Positions 13,901 to 25,699 of a stretch of DNA of 64,000 nt are shown one piece after another. The DNA is taken from assembly GCF_009914755.1 (NCBI RefSeq), contig NC_060932.1. One strand, given 5' to 3'. Position 1 is the first letter of the stretch, and each line of letters begins with the position of its first letter. This DNA is from the human T2T-CHM13v2.0 reference genome, Homo sapiens. Made by a program: the position numbers and the translations under genes. The notes below the pieces were generated by a model that was given only the letters and a program-made list of their open reading frames with translations, was not told the origin of the DNA and searched no databases.

Positions 13901-14929
13901 ATCTTCTCCTGTGCCCATTGATCATGTCGCTTTTATCCTTTATTCTACTGATTTAGTATATTGTATTATCATTATAGTGATATGCTGGCTGAAAGCTTCT
14001 GACTTTGAAGAGCTGGTCAAGAAATAAATCATTTAAAACTCATTTTTTACTCAAAGTAAAAGATACATAATTTAGTAATTCCTTTTTCCAGCTGAACACA
14101 ATTTTTTTTCTACTTCTTATAAGAAGTTTATTTTAACAGAACAACGTCTTAGTGTTGTCATCACTCTTATTTATGGGACTACAAATAGTGATGTAACTAA
14201 AGAGTTAAGAATTATATAAGGTGTGAACAGATGATTAAACACTTTAAATTTGTAAAATATTGTGGACTATAATTAATCTGTTAGATAAGCCAAGCACTGT
14301 TCTGATCACAAACAATATAAATACAGTATAGTCTCTGACTTTAGAGGTTCAGAGTCAAGGGAAAGAGAAAGGCATATAAAAAAGAGAAAATAAAATAGGT
14401 ATGAATGTATATCATACTTTAAAATGAATACTAAGCAAAATTTACTTTAAAAATCATACTTTAGTAGGCACTGATTTTGCTTATATGTAGTGGGGAAAGA
14501 CAGTAAAAATTCATATTAAGACCATTGAGCCTCACTTGATGGATGAAAGCAAATTATTTTACTTCCTTGAGTGTAGGTGCAGCTCAACTGAATAGAAGGG
14601 GTGGGGATGAATTGGAGACTTTAATCTCCTTTCCCAGTCTCTGAATTACCATCTATTGTTTTACCTCACATCCTGACTTTCAAATGTCAGAAGGATCGCT
14701 TTGGTTAGAGAGTAAAAAGGGCTGATTTCTTGGCTGCTTTCTCTATTCCTAGCCCAAAATAACTGAGAAAAGATCCCTTATAAGAATGTGGAGTAGGGGA
14801 CAATGGTGGAATAGTCAATTATTGAGAACTGCTTCTCAGTTCACTTTGTAGCCCAATTCACCTTCCATGGTTAATATACAGGATATTCACTCCTCCTCTC
14901 AACTTCTTTGCTCTTCTTGCCTTGTCTTC

Positions 14930-15032
14930 AGTTTTTTAAGGCAAGGACCATGTCTTTATCATTTATAGTCTCTTTAGCACCTAGTATAGCAGCTTTTACA
15001 TAGTAGGTCCCTGAGAATTGGTTGAATAATTA
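14930..15032 (+). mobile_element. L2 3' end fragment
   Basis: ggcaaggaccatgtc...agcacctagtatag...catagtaggt...gttgaataa. Confidence 0.6.
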
Positions 15033-15104
15033 TAGACTTGGTCTGAAAGTTTTACCACCTAGCCTTCACTTGACAGTGACTCCATATATCCCTTGGAGAG
15101 GAAG

Positions 15105-15350
15105 TGTCATATACTGCTTAAGAAATTGGACTCTGGAGTCAGATTCTCTGATGCATATCACATCTATACCACTTTTTAGTGTGGGTTCTTAGCAAGTTAG
15201 TTAAATTTTTAATACTTAAGTTTCTATATCACTACAATGGAGATAATAATAGTACCTGCCATATAGATTTATTGTGTGGATTAAATATGTGAAAGTACTT
15301 GTAACAGTGCCAATCATACAGCACTCAGTAAATGTTAACTATCATCACTA
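15105..15350 (+). mobile_element. MIR SINE
   Basis: ggactctggagtcaga...aatggagataataatagtacct...gcactcagtaaatgttaact. Confidence 0.75.
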
Positions 15351-15413
15351 CTATTAATATTCAGCACTATAGCTTTCTCATTTCTAAGGCAGAGAAAATG
15401 ATGCCAAACTAAC

Positions 15414-15464
15414 CCCAGAAGTCATCATGAAAAAGATCCAGTGGACCAAATGGACAAGGAAAAC
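15414..15464 (-). other. Candidate 51-nt exon of a putative fossil gene
   Basis: Acceptor ggcttgtttctag, donor GGG|gttagt; open phase-1 reading GFPCPFGPLDLFHDDFW; identity unknown. Confidence 0.3.
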
Positions 15465-15645
15465 CTAGAAACAAGCCAGTCCATCTTGAATTCAAATAAT
15501 TGGACCATAGTAGAACCAGAATATCTGGAGTTCCTAATTATCATTCCTATTACCACGCAAAGTGGAAACAACTCTTGGATATGATCTGATAGTGAATAAA
15601 TTCATTCTGTGGGTTTATTCTGCTCAGTTCTGTGAGATGGATTAC

Positions 15646-15717
15646 CTCTCCATTGTAGCTGGATATTATCGAATGTCATGTATGTGTCTAAATAACCCTT
15701 TGTGCCACATAAAGTAT
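15646..15717 (-). other. Candidate 72-nt exon of a putative fossil gene
   Basis: Acceptor ttttttatacataacag, donor GAG|gtaatc; open phase-1 reading DTLCGTKGYLDTYMTFDNIQLQWR, in frame with the 51-nt candidate. Confidence 0.3.
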
Positions 15718-16055
15718 CTGTTATGTATAAAAAATTACAGTTGAAGTATAACAACCCAACCAAACCCTCTTTAGCTAACGATGTATGTTGTTCAACAAGG
15801 CACCCAGAACTGGTTAATGCCACAAACGTTGTGTCTGTTGACAGTTGGGTTGGAAGACTAGGATACACCCCACTCCCCCAAGTGATAACACAACTGTCAT
15901 TCAGAATCTGTGTCTTGCTTTGTTTAAAAACCCTGGAGCATATGGCATTTGTATCTCAGACCTTAGGGAATTCCTTTTATAAGCTTAGATATATAGCTCC
16001 TTTCTTCATTATGAAATGGCCTAATTTCCTTTTTTTGTAACAGTGGAAGAATTGA

Positions 16056-16360
16056 TTTTATTTATTTATTTATTAATAAATAAATAAATATTTATTTATT
16101 AAAATTGTATGTATTCACCATGTCCATGATGTTTTGAAGTATATATACATTGTAGAATGACTAAATCCAGTTAATTAACATATTGATTATCTCACATAGT
16201 TATTTCTGTGGTGAGAACACTTCACATTCATTCTCTTAGAGTTTATCAAGAATAGAGTATATTGTTAACCATAGTCACCATGTTGTACAATACATCTCTT
16301 GAACCTATTTCTCCTGTCTAATTAAAATTTTATATATTTTTGACCAACATCTATTTCTCT
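16056..16360 (-). mobile_element. L1MA-type 3' end fragment with (TTTA)n tail
   Basis: aaaattgtatgtattc...gtggtgagaacactt...gtcaccatgttgtacaata. Confidence 0.75.
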
Positions 16361-16361
16361 T

Positions 16362-16701
16362 TGAGTTCATGTCCTTTGTAGGGACATGGATAAAATTGGA
16401 AATCATCATTCTCAGTAAACTATCGCAAGGACAAAAAGCCAAACACCGCATGTTCTCACTCATAGATGGGAATTGAACAATGAGAACACATGGACACAGG
16501 AAGGGGAACATCACACTCTGGGGACTGTTGTGGGCTGGGGGGAGGGGGGAGGGATAGCATTAGGAGATATACCTAATGCTAAATGACGAGTTAATGGGTG
16601 CAGCACACCAGCATGGCACATGTATACATATGTAACTAACCTGCACATTGTGCACATGTACCCTAAAACTTAAAGTATAATAATAATAATAATAAAAGAA
16701 A
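16362..16701 (+). mobile_element. 5'-truncated young L1 (L1PA3-like) 3' end
   Basis: Near-consensus 3' UTR (cagtaaactatcgcaagga, actctggggactg, gctaaatgacgagttaatg, aactaacctgcacattg); (TAA)n/A tail. Confidence 0.9.
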
Positions 16702-16719
16702 CTTTCCTTTGAGACTTAC

Positions 16720-16766
16720 CTTGTTTTTATATGTAGACTATTAACTGCCACTCATTAAAATTTTTT
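16720..16766 (-). other. Candidate 47-nt exon
   Basis: Consensus donor AAG|gtaagt; weak acceptor aactgcag; all three frames contain stops. Confidence 0.2.
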
Positions 16767-17000
16767 CTGCAGTTACAGTTTTAATAAACATTTTAGCCCC
16801 CCCCACCAAAAAAAGAAAAAACATAAAGGGAGAAAAAGAAATTATAATTTTCATTGCTTCACAGAGAATATAAACAATTCAAAACATACATAAAGGGGTT
16901 TTAGCCGTGATCAGCTAGAAAACAGCTTTCATTTTAGGAAAATCATATACAGACCCATGTTCCTTGAAAATATGTCATTCAGTCACCATGAGTACCTTAC

Positions 17001-17080
17001 TTGGTCTCTCTTTTTTTTTTAGAATAGCTATAATGGAAGTCATATGATAATAATCAAGGCAGTGAACCTGGCCATTCTTT
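17001..17080 (-). other. Candidate 80-nt exon
   Basis: Strong acceptor (poly-T then gccag), donor CAA|gtaagg; open reading KNGQVHCLDYYHMTSIIAILKKKERP. Confidence 0.3.
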
Positions 17081-17169
17081 CTGGCAAAAAAAAAAAAAAG
17101 GAATTGGCACAGTTGTAACCTAAATGTTTGCCTTTTACATCATCTAAAATTAATAGTGATTTTATATTA

Positions 17170-17400
17170 GCTGGTGACTATTCGCTGATTATTTACTATG
17201 TATCACAAACTACAGAAGGTGCTTTATATATCTCTTTCCACTGACTTCTCATATCTACTTTATAAAGCAAGTAAATGTTTCCCCACGTACAGAAGAAGAA
17301 AATGAGAATTATAAAGGCATATGTGATTCACTGAAAGACCTCAATTCTTAAATCCAAGAGCAAGGATTTATCTTGGTTGTGTCTCTAAACCCCATTTCAA
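17170..17400 (-). mobile_element. MIR SINE (decayed)
   Basis: atttactatgtatca...gtgctttatata...cagaagaagaaaatgag. Confidence 0.5.
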
Positions 17401-17519
17401 TTATCTTGTACATTTCAACCTCTGTTTATTTACCATTCATTTATATTAGAAAATGTACAAAGCTCTCATAAATTAGACTCACCTTATTCTCTATTTTCTC
17501 TCATTTTTACCTTAACTGT

Positions 17520-19983
17520 TGTACTAGTACATTTTCACACTACTATAAAGAACTACATGAGACTGGGTAGTTCTCATGTAGTTTATGAAGAATGTGTAGT
17601 TTATGGGTAATTTATGAAGAAGAAGGCTTTAATTGACTCAGTTATACAGTTTTAACAGGAAACATGGCTGGGAGGCCTCAGGAAACTTAAAATCATGACA
17701 GAAAGCAAGAGGGAAGCAAGGACTTTCTTCCCATGGTGGCAAAAGAAAGAGAGAGAGAATGCAAGAGAGCACGAGGGCAAAGGGGGAAGTGCCACACACT
17801 TTTAAACCATCAGATCTCATGAGAACTCACTCACTCTCACAAAAACAGAAAGGGGGAAATCAGCTCCTATGATCCAATCACCTCCCACAAGGTCTCTTCC
17901 CCCAAACTGGGCATTACAATTCAACATGAGATTTGGGTGGGGACACAGATATAAACCATATCATTCTGCCCCTGGATCCTCCTAAATCTCATGTCCTTCT
18001 CACATTTCAAAACCAGTCATGCCTTCCAACAGTCCCCCAAAATCTTAACTCATTTCAGCATTAACTCAAAAGTCCATAGTCCAAAGTTTTACCTGATACA
18101 AAGTAAGTCTTTTCCATTTACGCGCCTGTAAAATAAAAAACAAGTTAGTTACTTCCAAAATACAATGGGAGTACAGGTATTGAGTAAATGCTCACATTCC
18201 AAATGGAAGAAATTGGCCCAAACAAAGGGACTACAGGCCCCATGCAAGTTCAAAACCTGGCAGGGCAGTCACTAAATCTTAAAGCTCCAAAATAATCTCA
18301 TTTGACTCCATGTCTCACATCCAGGGACAACTATGTTGATGCAATAATTGTCTCCAAAGGCCTTGGGCAGCTCCACCCCTGTGGCTCCACAGGGTATAGC
18401 CACAATTGCTTTTATGGGCTGGTGTTGAGTGCCTGTGGCTTTTCAAGGTGCACAGTGCAAACTGTTGGTGGATCTACCATTCTTGGATCTGGAGGATGGT
18501 GGGCCTCTTGTCACAACCCCACTAGGCAGTGCTCCAGTGAGGACTCTGTGTGGGGGCTCTAACACCACACTTCCCCTCCACACTGCCCTAGCAGAGGTTC
18601 TCCATGAGGGCTCCGCCCCTGAAGCAGACTTCTCCTTGAACATCCAGGCTTCTCCAAACATCCTCTGAAATCTAGGTGGGGGTTCCTAAACCTCACCTTT
18701 TGCCTACAGCACACCCACAGGCCCAACACTATGTGCAAGTCACCAAGGATTGGGGCCTGCACCTTCTGAAATCATGACCCAAGCTGTACCTTTGCCACTT
18801 TTAGCCACAACTGGACCTGGAGTGCCTGGGATGCAGGGTGCCATGTTCAAGGCTGCACACAGCAGCGTGGCTCTAGGCCTGGCCCACAAAGGCATTTTTT
18901 CCTCCTAAGCCTCTAGGCCTGTGATGGGAGAGGCTGCTGCGAAGGTTTCTGACATGCCCCAGAGATATTTTCCCCATGGTCTTGGCTATTAACATTCAGC
19001 TTCTCTTTATTTATGCAAATTTCTGCAGCCAGATTGAATTTCTCTCCAGAAAATGGGTTTCTCTTTTCCATCACATGGCCAGGCTGAAAATTTTTGAAAC
19101 TTTCATACTCGGCTTCCTTTTTAAATATAAGTTCCAATTTCAGACCGTCTTTTTGTGAACACGTATGACTATGCACTGTTAGGAGGATCCAGGCCACATC
19201 CTGAATGGTTTGCTGCTTAGAAATTTCTTTCACCAGATACCCTAAGTCATCTCTCTCAAATTCAAAGTTCCACAGTTTCCTAAAGCAGAGGCAGAATGCC
19301 ACCAGTCTCTTTGCTGAAGCATAGCAAGAGTGACCTTTGCTCCAGTTCCCAATAAGTTCCTCATCTCTATCTGAGACCACCTCAGCCTGGATTTCACTGT
19401 CCAGATCACTATCAGATTTGTTCAAAACTACTCAAGTTTCTAGGAAGATCCAAACGTAACCACATCTTCCTGTCTTCTTCTGAGCCCTCCAAACTGTTCC
19501 AACCTCTGCCCATTACCCAGTTCCAAAGTTGCTTCCACATTTTCAGGTGTCTTTATAGCAGTGCCCCACTCCTGGTACCAATTTTCTGTATTAGTCGGTC
19601 TTAACACTGCTATAAAGAACTACCTAAGACTGGGTAATTTATGAATAAAATAGGTTTAATTGACTTATAATTTCACAGGCTCAACAAGAAGCATGACTGA
19701 GAGGTCTCAGAAAACAGTCACGGCAAAAGATAACAGAGAAGCAATGACCTTCCTCACATGGTGGTGAAAGAGAGAGAGAGAGAAAGAAAGAAAGAGCACA
19801 AAAGGGGAAGTGCCACACATTTTTAAACCATCAAATCTTGTGAGAACTCACTCACTATCATGAGAACAGCAAAGGGAGAATCAGCCCCCATGATCCATTT
19901 ACTTTCCACCAAGTCCCACCTTCGACATGGAGATTACAATGCAACCTGATGTTTGAGTTGGGATACAGAGCTAAACCATATCA
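17520..19983 (-). mobile_element. Complete MaLR provirus (THE1D/MSTA-like): LTRs 17520-17963 and 19587-19983 plus internal region
   Basis: Both LTRs read tgta.tag...aaaccatatca; internal MaLR ORF remnant (18913-19425); imperfect 5-bp TSD actgt/cctgt. Confidence 0.92.
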
Positions 19984-22261
19984 CCTGTCTACTCAGCTCT
20001 TCTTACAGAGTGAACTAACATTTTTCTATTTTTACTCCCAAACAAGAATAATGAGATCTTACTTCTATTTATATTTAACCATCACCTTTCACTCTTATTG
20101 CTTGATGAAATCGGTTTGTCCTCAGGTTCTGAGGTTCCTATGGTATGTTGTTTTACCCCAACTTATACCCCATGAGTTTATATAAAACCCTTGCTTAGTC
20201 ATTTATTCCATTCCTTCAGTTTGGTCAAACTGCCTGAGATCTAATTATCCAAGTCTGGAGTCCATAATTTTTTCTCCAGTAACACTTAGAAATATCCAAA
20301 TAGAAGGACAGGAAAGTCATTATTAGGTGCATTGTATGCTCCATTCTTATGATCCTTGTACATCCCCACAGGAAAGCATATTTGGTTAAGTCTAGCAATA
20401 TGCCTGGCCCGTTATATGTGGGCCACTGCAACTTATAGCCCAAAATAATAACTCTGTCTGCTTAGGTTCTTGTCAACCTCAGCCTATGGGAAGTGTCACT
20501 TCCTCCAACAAGCCTTACCTGTTTGCTTTTCCTTTCAAATGCCTATTACACTTATAATCCAATGCTAATTCTCAACATAACACTCACTTTTAATGTTTTA
20601 CATATATATTTTTATTTTCTAGTGTAGGGCTTAGCTCCTTCAGGATATATCTGAGTTACTTTATATTTTCCTGGTAGCTTCTCTTCCAGTAAAAACTATA
20701 TAGTTTTAAAAATATGTACATTTGTATTAATTTATCAGAAAATTCTTTATAATCTTTCTCATCTCTGGCTAATTGTCACCATCTTTTTTGGTAAGGTTGT
20801 GGCTTACTTTTTGTTGCTTAAATTTCCCACTCTGCCTAGCCCTGCCTTTAGGAGACAAACCAGCCTCTGTTTTGGGTTCTGCTTATTCTAGCCTCATTAT
20901 TACTATGACTCTAGGCCACTGAGACTCAGGAAAGTCTCTTGATTGTAAATTGTGACTAAAACATGAACTTGTCATTGAGGCTCTTTATTTATTTGTTCTT
21001 CCAAATAACTGTTAATGGGCCTGCCTTTAGGGTGTGGCAGTTAGTGATCAATTCCCAGCTGTATCAACAGATTGGTTGTTAGGGGAGCATCCTATAGTGT
21101 TGCCACTACGGATAGAAGTCAACATCTGTTCTAAAGTAGACTATTTTAGCAGTTCAATAATGTGGACTTAATAAAATGCTACTTTTTTCTTCTCTGTTGC
21201 TTCTTATTTAAAACAGCTATACTGCTCTATGTAAGATCTGAAGTAGGTGGAAGAAGGAATTTGATAAAGATGTAATTAATATTTGAAGACTATTTTAAAA
21301 ATATCTTGAAGTTATATTTTTTTAACATTTAAATATGTTATCTTCAAACTTTGAATACAATCTGGAATTACTATCACAGAATTTATTATTGGTAGCATTA
21401 AGTTTATGTATTGGATTATACAGGTTTTTTTTCCACAAGAAAACCATACATTCTGAAGTCTGTTATCTAAGACACTGAAAATAACACAACTATTTAGCCA
21501 GTATGGCTAAAATTTGCCATTTTTCATAATTCTTTTACATTTAGAAGCTTGACTGATTGGTTGAAGGAAAGAACATTTCATGCTTCCAGACTGTCTTTTC
21601 CATTGCATGCAGCATTTTTTAAGAAGGAAAGAATAATGAGGGAAGCTAAGATGGTAACATAACTAATTATTCAGATTATCTTTCCAAATTTTCACATTTT
21701 ACACTAACATATTTGTTGAAAAAGGCATCCATGGAACTTAGGCTTAAAAATTGATCACAACTTTCCAGTTATTAGAATAATAAACTTACAGATTTTGACA
21801 TATGTACTGTATATATGCAAACTAGAAGAACAAAACATTTTTCCTCTTGGTAGTAAAAATGATTTGATAACAAAATACAATGTGAAATATCAAAAAAAGC
21901 CTTATTGTATATTTTTGATCATTTTAAAATCAGTATGTTATTATTGATTAATTTGTAAATTAATCTAGAAGACTAAATACAAATAAATTTCTGAATTTTT
22001 ACAGAAATTTTACAGAAAATTTACAATAAAAATAAAATATTTTAGTACAAGACAACAAGAATAAATCTGAGAGATATTTGAAGACACTCATTCTCCAGGA
22101 CATTTCCTGGGAATTATGTAAATCTGCTTCACATTTTACTTTCTAAATGTCTGAATTTATAGACTCTTCCTTGGAATTTCCAGGTACAGTGACATCAGAA
22201 GGGTTTTTTAGTATTAACATATACCATGTGTATAAATAAAAACATGTATACCTATCATTTA

Positions 22262-22720
22262 TCTAGTGTCATATTATTGCTATATAACAAGCAACCCCAA
22301 AGCTTAGTGCTATGCCCCAAAAGACATTTATTTCACTCACAAATCTGTGATAATTCAGCTGAGCTGAGCTGGGCTCAGCTGATCTAGGGTAGTCTCAGCT
22401 GATTTTGGCTAAGGTAGCTCATCTCACTGCAATCAGGTAAGGGTTGGTTATGTGGCTCTCTGGGATCCCTTATATGTAAGGGTTGGCTGACTGCAGGCTA
22501 ATCTAGGATAGACTTTACTGGTTCCACTGAAGTAAGTTGGCTTTGCTTCATATGCCTTCCATCCTCCAGCAGGATAGCCAAGTATATTCCATTACAATGG
22601 CTGAGGTGCATAAAAAAGAGCAAACTCTGTTGGTAAAACACTTTTCAGGCCTCTGCTTTCATTACAGTTGTAAACATTCCATTGATCAAAGTAAGTCACA
22701 GCTAGGGTCTGCATTCAGAA
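22262..22720 (-). mobile_element. MLT1-family solo LTR (decayed)
   Basis: ttgctatataacaagcaaccccaaagcttagtg...ctcacaaatctgtg...ctgggctcagctg. Confidence 0.6.
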
Positions 22721-22758
22721 TGGATAGACAGATAGATAGATAGCTAGATAGATAGATA
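22721..22758. repeat. (GATA)n-like simple repeat
   Basis: Directly visible, imperfect. Confidence 0.85.
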
Positions 22759-23369
22759 CCTTAAAGGCATATATGATAGATGAAATGGAAACAAGTTAAG
22801 GAGGGAAGAGGTGAATTGGAACCAAATTTGCAGCCAACTAGTTTATATGTGTAGTCATTTATAATAAAAAATATAAAACAATTAACCACATTACTAGCAA
22901 ATGTACGTAAAACAATAAGAACACAAAGCAAAAATTAAGAAACTAAAAACTAAGGTATAGGAGTTTACTCTCATTTAATCTACTTCAAACCAGATATTTT
23001 GTTTTAAATTAAAAAACTATAAATAGTTATGTTTATAGTCCCTCAATGATGTCAGAATGATTATGGTCAAATTCTCTTTTGGTTTACAGTTTCTTCTTTC
23101 CAGGAAAAAAAAATCATCTTTAGAAGCAAAAGAAAATGTCTTTTGAAGGAAGAAATTCCTTCTGTATTTTTCCTCCCCAAATAGTGCTACATAAAAAAGC
23201 ATATCTACTCCCTTAAGATCCTAGGAATTTTATTCCTATAAAATAGAAGTTTTAAAACAAGGAAAGACTATTTAATGAACTTTAAGGGAAATCCTATAGT
23301 ATGTTCACAAAGTTCTAAAAGGTCCATTTATTTTTTCTCCTAAATTAAAAATGATTTTAAAAAACATCT

Positions 23370-24270
23370 AATTGTAAATAAAACATTTATATTAAAAAGT
23401 ACTTTGAGTTTTAACCCACAGAATAAAATAAATGAGTCTATACTGATATCAATAAATAATTTAGTGAAAAAATAAATGGGGAAGTCACAGCCCTTTCAGA
23501 TGGATTTCAGTTACAAAATGCAGAAAAACAGGAAAATAAAAAATTACTGTGAGGAAACACAATAATTGTTAGACAAGATCACCAATGGATGCAAAATTAG
23601 TGGTAAATTTTGAAGAGAAAAAAAGATTTGCATAGCTTCAAAGTATCTCCTTCATGATGTTTATTAATTACAAAGAGATAGTAACTTTACTATAGAGAAA
23701 CTCCAGCAGACAGCAATTTAACCAAATAACCAAGTTAAACATCACCAGAAACAAGGAATGTCAGCACTATGAGCCCCTTGATATGATGCATCCGATTCAC
23801 TGAGAAGAACACATTATCTTTCACAGTATTATTTCCAGAAACATAAAACTATAAGCCAATTATGAGAAAATACCAGATTAAACCTAAATTGAGTGACATT
23901 CTATAAAAGAATTGATCCGTACTCTTTAATGGCCTCACAGTCCTGAAAGAAAAGCAAAGATTGAGAAAACATTCACATTGGAAGAACCTAACGAGAAATG
24001 GGAAGTAAACATAAATTTGGAAACTAAATAAGATCTTGGAACAGAAAATATCACTAGTGGGGGAAATGACAAAATTGAAATAAGTTTATAGTTAATATTG
24101 TACCAATTTTAATTCTGATCTTGATAACTGTACCATGAATCTTGATAATTGTACTACAGTTATGTAAAATACTATAGGGAAAGGGAGTGAAGGATACTAC
24201 ACAACTCTGGTATTTACAACACTTATGTTTGTCAACAATTAGTTCAATACAATAATGTTTACAAAATTAT
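23370..24270 (+). mobile_element. L1MC-type 3' UTR fragment
   Basis: gatttgcatagc...gtaactttactatagagaaac...aaccaagttaaacatcacc; boundaries approximate. Confidence 0.6.
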
Positions 24271-25346
24271 TTTTCCCACTAAAAATAACAGTATATGTAC
24301 AAAATGCTAAACTAGGAATTCCAGGCCCTCATTTCCTCAAGGAAACATCAAATAAACAACAGACTAACTAGTATAGCTTAATGAGAGCTCTAGAAATAAG
24401 TCAAGGATGTGTAGCAATTAAGCAAACAGGCTTTACTGGTTCCACTTTTTTTAATCAGACACTAAACAGGATAGGAAATTCTGTGGTATTTTTGGTGATC
24501 CTTGCCTCCCCACTGCCATCCCCAGTGTAGCACTGCTTACTTGTGAGAAAGCTGCTGAATTCCCTGTTCTTCCATTGAGACAGAGAGAAAAGAATGTTTG
24601 TTACTTGTTTGCAACACCCCGGCCTAGCTAGAAGTGGTATGAGGGTCTGGTTTCTTTCTTGCCTAACTCAGGGCTCAGACTGAAACACAGAGATAGTTTG
24701 GATATCATGTTGAAGGCCACAGAAAGTGGTAGACACTATGGTGTATCACAGGTGTAGAGGGATTGTAGAACCACAGGTACCTTGGAGCAAGACACTATGA
24801 GTAGAGGAATAAAGCAAAACATCTAAAACCATTTGAAGCAGCAGAAGTGAGATGATTAGGGATATTAAAACATTTAAAATAAGCTGTGTATATGATATAA
24901 TTGGAAGGAGAAAGCATGCCTAGGAAGGCTTGAGAAGACCTTAGCCTTCATGCTTATCTAATTAGGGAAGCTCTTCCCTGCATGGAGCCAGTCTACCAAA
25001 ATGAGGAAGGTAACTACTTTTTCATATGCCCCATTTTTAACAACGGATCACAAGGCATACAAAGAAACAGAACAATTTGTTCTGTTCAAAGGACCAAAAT
25101 ATATCTCAAGAAAATGACTCTAAAGAAACACGGCTTCAGACTTACTAGATGAAAATTTTAAAACAACAATCTTAAATATGCTCCAGAAATTAGAGAAAAA
25201 CAGAACTAAGGAAATTAGACAAATGACATATGAACAAAATGAGAATATCAATAAGGAAATAAAAATTATAAAAATCAAAAGAACAGAAATCCTAGAGCTA
25301 AAAGATACACTAATTGAGTTAAAAAATTCACTAGAAGAGTTCCATG

Positions 25347-25420
25347 GGAGACTAGAACAGGCAAAAAGAGGCAATAGGAGACTAGAACAGGCAATAGGAG
25401 ACTAGAACAGGCAAAAAGAG
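25347..25420. repeat. Local triplication of ggagactagaacaggcaa
   Basis: Copies start at 25347, 25377 and 25397. Confidence 0.9.
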
Positions 25421-25699
25421 AATCAGCAAACTGAAGACAGGTTATTTGAAATTATTGTATCTGAGGAGAAAAAAGAAAAATAATAATGAAAAAGAATAGC
25501 AGAGCCTAAAAGACTTGTAGAAGAACATCAAGTGAATCAATATGCAAATTATAATATTTTCAGGGGAAAAGAGAGAGAAAGGGCAAAGAACACAGTTGAA
25601 GAAACAATGGCTGAAAACCCTTCCAAATTTGAGAAAGCACACGGATATACAAAAAACAAGATGCTCCATGAACTTCAAGTAGGATAAACCCAAAGGCAC

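Noticed and set aside
15690-15717. DTLCGTKGYL as a kinase activation loop
   Set aside because: No APE motif follows and no other kinase subdomain is nearby.
22100-22180. Two TTC-N4-GAA (STAT6-like) sites and a C/EBP-like site
   Set aside because: Short motifs expected by chance; no supporting context.
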